From: Octopus vulgaris
Lineage: Eukaryota
Reading direction: 5' to 3'
Assembly (NCBI GenBank): GCA_951406725.2
Contig: OX597838.1
Span: 3,782,001 to 3,846,000, forward strand
Length of the DNA: 64,000 nt
In this document: in pieces, positions 57,905-64,000 of the stretch
Layout: each line of letters opens with the position of its first letter
Numbering within the stretch: the stretch's first letter is position 1
Translations under genes and position numbers: made by a program
Notes under the pieces: model-generated
Database searches by the model: none
Seen by the model: only the letters and a program-made list of their open reading frames with translations
What the model was told of the DNA's origin: nothing

Positions 57905-59001
57905 AAATAAGAAAATGGAGAAATACATCCAAATCAAATATCAATTACCAGATAATACCCAATCACATATTTTATTAAACCACTACATAAGAAACTTTAA
58001 GGTCAAACATAATAATATAGAACAAAACAGTGTATGTATATACAGATATTTTACGCTTTGCATGGTACTGAAGTACTATTGTGGCCCTTGGTTTTGCTAC
58101 TATATTGCTAATAATGGGATCTATATATTGTTTTACTAGTATTAGCATCATTTATAATAAGAATAATGATATTGGTAGCATTAATGGTAATGATAAAGGT
58201 AATGATGTTAACATTAATGACATTTTGTAAATTAATATGAATTAATATAATGTACTCATGACTCTGTATATCTGCATTTGAGTATTAATATGTGTACGTT
58301 TTCTACATTGTAATATCACAATATTAAGTTGAAAAACTGTAACATTGAATGTGGAACATATGTATGTTTATTGATTTATATTATTTATATTATTATGTAT
58401 ATGTATATGTATAGGAGTATGAGTATATGCACTCATATGTATATGTATATGATTTATAAAGTGTATATGCAATTTGGTTTGTATTTCATAATCTCCGAAG
58501 AGGCCTTAGGATATTTTTGTAAATGTCTCATTTATAACTACATATTGACCTACCACAAATGGCTAATATAAGTAAAATGAGACATACTTATCTGTATGGC
58601 CGGAACAGCTGTAAGATGTAGTTTATATTTATATTTATATTTATTTATATTTATATTCTCTTATACATATTGTACTTATTGTATCATATTCCTCCTTTAT
58701 GTACACTGTTTTGTTCTATATTATTATGTCTGACCTTAAAGTTTCTAATGTGGTGGTTTAATAAAGTATGTGATTGGGTATTATCTGGTAGTTGATATTT
58801 GATTTGGATGTATTTCTCCATTTTCTTATTTTGTATTATGAATTTGTGGTAAAACATTTTACGTTTGCCCATATAATACAGTAAAAGAATTAATTGCATC
58901 GCAATTCTTAACATTTATGTATTAACTTTCTTGGGTATTTCACTAGCAGTATATTAGATATATGTTATCCCATGGAGGGTTGCATTTACAACCTCTATCT
59001 C

Positions 59002-59005
<4 letters not shown>
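57901..59005 (+). mobile_element. PLE-like non-coding element in (TA)n with 134-bp inverted repeats and a degenerate long-stem-II hammerhead
   Basis: 57901-58034 is inverted at 58702-58835. HHR-like motif at 58491-58617. The right end is homologous to the 26287 and 55346 fragments. Confidence 0.72.
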
Positions 59006-59040
<35 letters not shown>

Positions 59041-59071
59041 AATAATAATTTAATTTATATATATATACATC

Positions 59072-59106
<35 letters not shown>

Positions 59107-59213
59107 CTGTATAAAATATACATGCATATGTATGTATATGCTGTGTTTATATACGTGTGAGCGTGTGTGCATGTATGTACAGACAAACAGATATATATAT
59201 TTATATATACACA

Positions 59214-59297
<84 letters not shown>

Positions 59298-59467
59298 TGT
59301 ATGTATATATATATAAAATCATGTATATAGACATATATATGTATGTATATATATATAATTACGTGTGTGTGCATGTATACCGATATATTTACATATGTGT
59401 ATATGCATATATGTACGCATATCTACGTTAGTCTTCATGTATGTGCGTCTATATGCTTATACATACA

Positions 59468-59505
<38 letters not shown>

Positions 59506-59749
59506 GAGTGTTCAAACACGTTCCCACGACTTATCAACTGAGGTATCATATCCGTCACCAGATTAGAAAAATAAATAAATAAATAAACGAAATGAGAATA
59601 TTTAGAATAACGACATTGACTCTACATAGTATATATATATAACAGAATTAAACATGTAAACATGTGTGTCGATGTATATATGTATATGTTTATACATGTG
59701 TGTGTGTGTATATATGTATGTATGTATATATATATGTGTGTGTGTGTGA

Positions 59750-59818
<69 letters not shown>

Positions 59819-60002
59819 CTGTTATTCTGTGTTTCAGCCCTACGGCTGTGGCCACGCTGGGGCACCACCAGTGTATTCACCTTTTAATTGGCCAATTTTA
59901 TGGCGTTTTGCTGTAGGAGGGAATTCGACATTGCTGCTCTCTTTTTAGTTCCCTGCATTGATATTGGTTCATCTGGGATCTTGGACAGCAAGGGGTCAAG
60001 GT

Positions 60003-60028
60003 GTTATTGTTGTTGTTGTTACTATTAC

Positions 60029-60073
<45 letters not shown>

Positions 60074-60150
60074 CATTATTATTATCATAATTATTATTAT
60101 TATTATCATTATTATTTACATAATTATTATTATTATCGTTATTATTATTA

Positions 60151-60214
<64 letters not shown>

Positions 60215-60338
60215 CATAATTATTATTATTATTATCATTATTATTATCATAATTATTATTATTATTATCGTTATTATTATTATCATTACTATTATTACTA
60301 TTATTATCATCATTATTATTATTATTATTATTATCATC
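60003..60338. repeat. (ATT)n microsatellite with variant units
   Basis: Directly visible. Confidence 0.95.
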
Positions 60339-60783
60339 AATTCGCTCCAGACAAATATTTCTACGACAAAAAAATTAAGTCCGATCAACGAAAATAAAAA
60401 CGAAATAAAAAGGAACACAAGAGAAAATTATTGTTTTTTTACATAACCATGAATGCTTCAAAATATTTTGTTGGGAGGGGGGTAAGGCTTTTTGGAGGAT
60501 GGACGGTTCGCCTCCAACTGTTTTGAAGAATTTGTCTTATTCATACATTTTTGGCGGAGGAAATTAGGTGAGCTGTTTCATAGAAATACAGTATGTATCA
60601 TTGTTTATCAATATATATTCCAATATTTGCTTCCAACAGAGCAACACCTGGTTTATATGATAGAAGAACGACGGGGAAGGGCTTTACGCTAGTGGTTGCC
60701 GGCATTTTTGCAGCGATACCACCCGTATCTTCTTTACGAAACATGATAATCTACCCCAGATGATGTTAGAATATGGCATAATA

Positions 60784-61150
60784 GGCGCAGCTGTGGCCGA
60801 GTGGTTAAGAAGCTCGCTTCCCAACAACACAGTTCCAGGTTCAGTCCCAATGCACGGCACGTTGGGCAAGTGCCTTCTACTATTGCCTCGACCTGGCCAA
60901 AGCCTTGTGAGTGTTTTTGGTAGACGGAGACTGAAAGAAGCACCTTCATGGATATATATATATATATATACATGTGTATATATATGTGTGTGTGTCTTTG
61001 TGTCTGTGTATGTCCCCGAAACCTAGCCGTTCGGCAAAAGAAACCGATTGAATAAGTACTAGGCTTACAAAGAATAAGTCGATTTTCTTGACTAAATGTG
61101 GTGCTCCAGCATGGTCACAGTCTAATGACTGAAATGAGTTCAAGAATAAA
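60784..61150 (+). mobile_element. SINE family A, diverged full-length copy
   Basis: GGCGCAGCTGTGGCCGAGTGG...GGTTCAGTCCC plus body. Confidence 0.85.
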
Positions 61151-62438
61151 AGAAACAGAATGAGATTGCGAGTCCAGTGCAACGCGATTGCACAGCCCCT
61201 TGGTCAAGAGTCTTTTAATATGTTTAACCCCAGGCTAAATCATTCCAGTCGTGACCATTCCCTCTGGTTAAGGTTCTCTAAGGCTACTATACCTACTCAA
61301 TATAGGGAACATTAAAATGTCAACGGGAAACGATTACGTTTTAGTGAAACGACATCAGTGAATGACTAATATCATTATGATGCTTCAGTAAATAGGGGAG
61401 ACAACTTCAGACATTATTCGATTTTATTAAACCTCATCAATGAAACCTCTGGGTTGTTTTTTCTTCTTCACCTAAATCACTTTGGGTATAATTTGAGTCA
61501 AACTGCGGATGCTATTTCTAGCAGCTCGTTCCAACCACTTTGATCAGGCACGGGCAACCGTGCACATGAAACATGACTTGTTAGGCGGGCCGCACTATTA
61601 GGAAAATTCAAGGTAAGTTTTCGTAAGGTGAGCTATTTAGAAAGTCCTGCGGGCCGCGGTTAGCTCGTGACTAACTTAGATACTCGGGGTTCGTAAACAG
61701 CCACAAACAATACAAATAGAGAGAAGCACAGCGATGAGAAGCACTACTCTTACCATTACCCCCCCACCACCACCACCATCACTATGAAGTAAGGGGACAC
61801 ATAAATACCCATCACGGCAACCAAAAGGACGTACTTATTAAAGATTGGCGTCTATTTCCAGAATGAGGCATGGTGGGGCGGAAATAGGATAAAGAGAAAT
61901 AACTTCTGGACTATTGGAAGCCATGCACTCGGGAGATAAGAACCAGCAAACTGTGGCGACACCTTCTGGCAAAACAAACAAACAAAGAACAATAACCACT
62001 GATTGAAACCAAAATGGCAAAGTAAATGTTTCCCTTTTTTCGTTTTTGCTTAATTTTTCTTTCAGAAAAAATAACCCGTACAAAGAGTCGTAGTTAGAAT
62101 GGAAGAAAAATGAATATTTAATGGGTAGATTATCTAATCCCCACCCCTTCTGACATGTCATGTGACCTTCTTTGTATCGTCTGCTGATAATTTGTATCGT
62201 CTGCTGATAATTCAAGTGGTACTTAGAATACGTAAACTGACATTTTTGTTTTTTCTGCCCTGGTCTGGTCTTGTCTCATGTAGCCAAATGATGCTATACA
62301 TACATAAGTATAAATACGTATGTGTAAGCGCGTGTGCATGCGCGTATGTGTGTGTGTGTGTGTGTGCACGCGCATGTGTGTCTGTGTATACAGATACGTA
62401 CATATGGACACGCGTGCACACATATGTATGTGTATATA

Positions 62439-62519
<81 letters not shown>

Positions 62520-62596
62520 ACATATACATTCGTGTATATATATACACACACGTATGGATATGTATTCAAAAGTATATATGTGTATATATATATAGC

Positions 62597-62675
<79 letters not shown>

Positions 62676-62784
62676 CAATATATTACAGTCATCATCGCAT
62701 CGCTGTTTCTGTTGTTATTGTCGTGTTTAATTTCATTCGATATTTTCGTTGATTTTACGATTAAATTTATTAACTTAAACAATT

Positions 62785-63085
62785 GCAGCATGGAAGGAGT
62801 TCATAAGCCATTTAAAAACACACAAAAGCCGTGAGATTCACTTCAACAATTAAATTGAATTTGTTAAAATATTTTCGTCGCTTTGAGACCGCAACCTGTT
62901 AGCTGACAAAATTCCGTGCTGCATCTCTGAGAAAATATTTTGACAAAAATATTTTGACAAATTAAATTTAAATGTTGAAGTGAATCTAACGGTTTTTGTA
63001 TGTTTTTAAACACCTTCCACGCTTCAGCTGTTTTTGTTTCAGCACACGATCTCAGATCAGGTCACTTGCTAAGCAAGTACATCTT
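62785..63085. mobile_element. Fold-back PLE-like element with 65-bp inverted repeats
   Basis: 62811-62875 pairs imperfectly with 62946-63010. HHR-like motif on the minus strand at 62860-62910. Confidence 0.65.
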
Positions 63086-63433
63086 TGTAATTTATTAACT
63101 TATTCTTGTATATATTTCAGTTTCCATATCTAAAAACTTCCAAAAATTTGGTTAACACATAGAACATGCCACGGGGAAGAGAGACGGGGAGGAGCAAGGA
63201 GGGAGCGAGAGAAGGAGAGAAGAGGGAGAAAGAGGGGGGGAAGATTGCTAGAGAGACAGCAAAGTGAGGAGGAAGAAGAGGCAGAAGAAAATAGAGGGTG
63301 GTATATAAAGAAAGAAAGAAAGAAAGAAAGAAAGAGAGAAGAAAGAGAGAAAGAGAAAGATAGGAAGAAAGAAAGAAAAGAAGAAAGAAAGAAAGAAGAT
63401 AGATGGATAGATAGATAGATAGATAGATGGATG

Positions 63434-63535
<102 letters not shown>

Positions 63536-64000
63536 AATTGATAGAGAGATGATGGGTGGGGTCTGTTAACAATGCCGTATAGAATTAGATTGTTGTTTTA
63601 AACTCATTTCGAAAATTATAGAAATATGTCACAAAAAAAACGAGGGATAAAAAAAAAAGGAAAAGAATGTAAAAAAAGAAAAAGAAAAAACAGGCACACG
63701 AAAGGGAAAAATATTTTGTCAAAAAAATGTGTTTTGTGATATTTTGCTGAAAGATAAGAGCGAATAAAATGTTGTTTTGTCCGATTCCTGGATGACGAAA
63801 GAATATCATTGACCTCTCATACCCTCTGTTAAATTTAAACAGAGAATTTAATATGTTTTATTGCTCTTTTATACTCTTTTACTGGTTTCGTGTGACTGGA
63901 CTTGTTTACAGCTCTACTACATGGCCGGATTTACGTATGAGCCAGTATGGGCCATGACCCAGAATCTTCCAAGCTTCGGATATCCTATTGACGCAGACAA

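Noticed and set aside
61545-61665. hAT-like MITE end (gcgggccgc motifs; similar at 19936-20225 and 63920-63965)
   Set aside because: Could not identify paired TIRs or an 8-bp TSD; too degraded to call.

Overview
Gene-poor, AT-rich animal DNA made mostly of microsatellites ((TA)n, (CA)n, (GATA)n, (TACA)n, (TAA)n, (GA)n, (TTC)n) and decayed mobile elements. The repeat content resembles an octopus/coleoid cephalopod genome (inference). I found no credible host protein-coding gene, and almost all listed ORFs are microsatellite read-throughs. The real coding remnants are all from transposons: R4/Dong-like restriction-endonuclease LINEs, RTE LINEs, a Penelope-like (PLE) GIY-YIG endonuclease, mariner and maT-type transposases, and a Ulp1-like protease. 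There are four tRNA-derived SINE families, Helitron-like and Tigger-like non-autonomous elements, a 7x144-bp SINE-derived tandem array, and a 100-N gap. The most striking signal is about ten type I hammerhead ribozyme (HHR) motifs from several repeat families, many with non-canonical cores and many inside fold-back structures. The best is a ~354-nt rod-like hairpin (47492-47845) with an intact U3-A8 covariant hammerhead at its tip. All structures were paired by eye; none is computed or tested.
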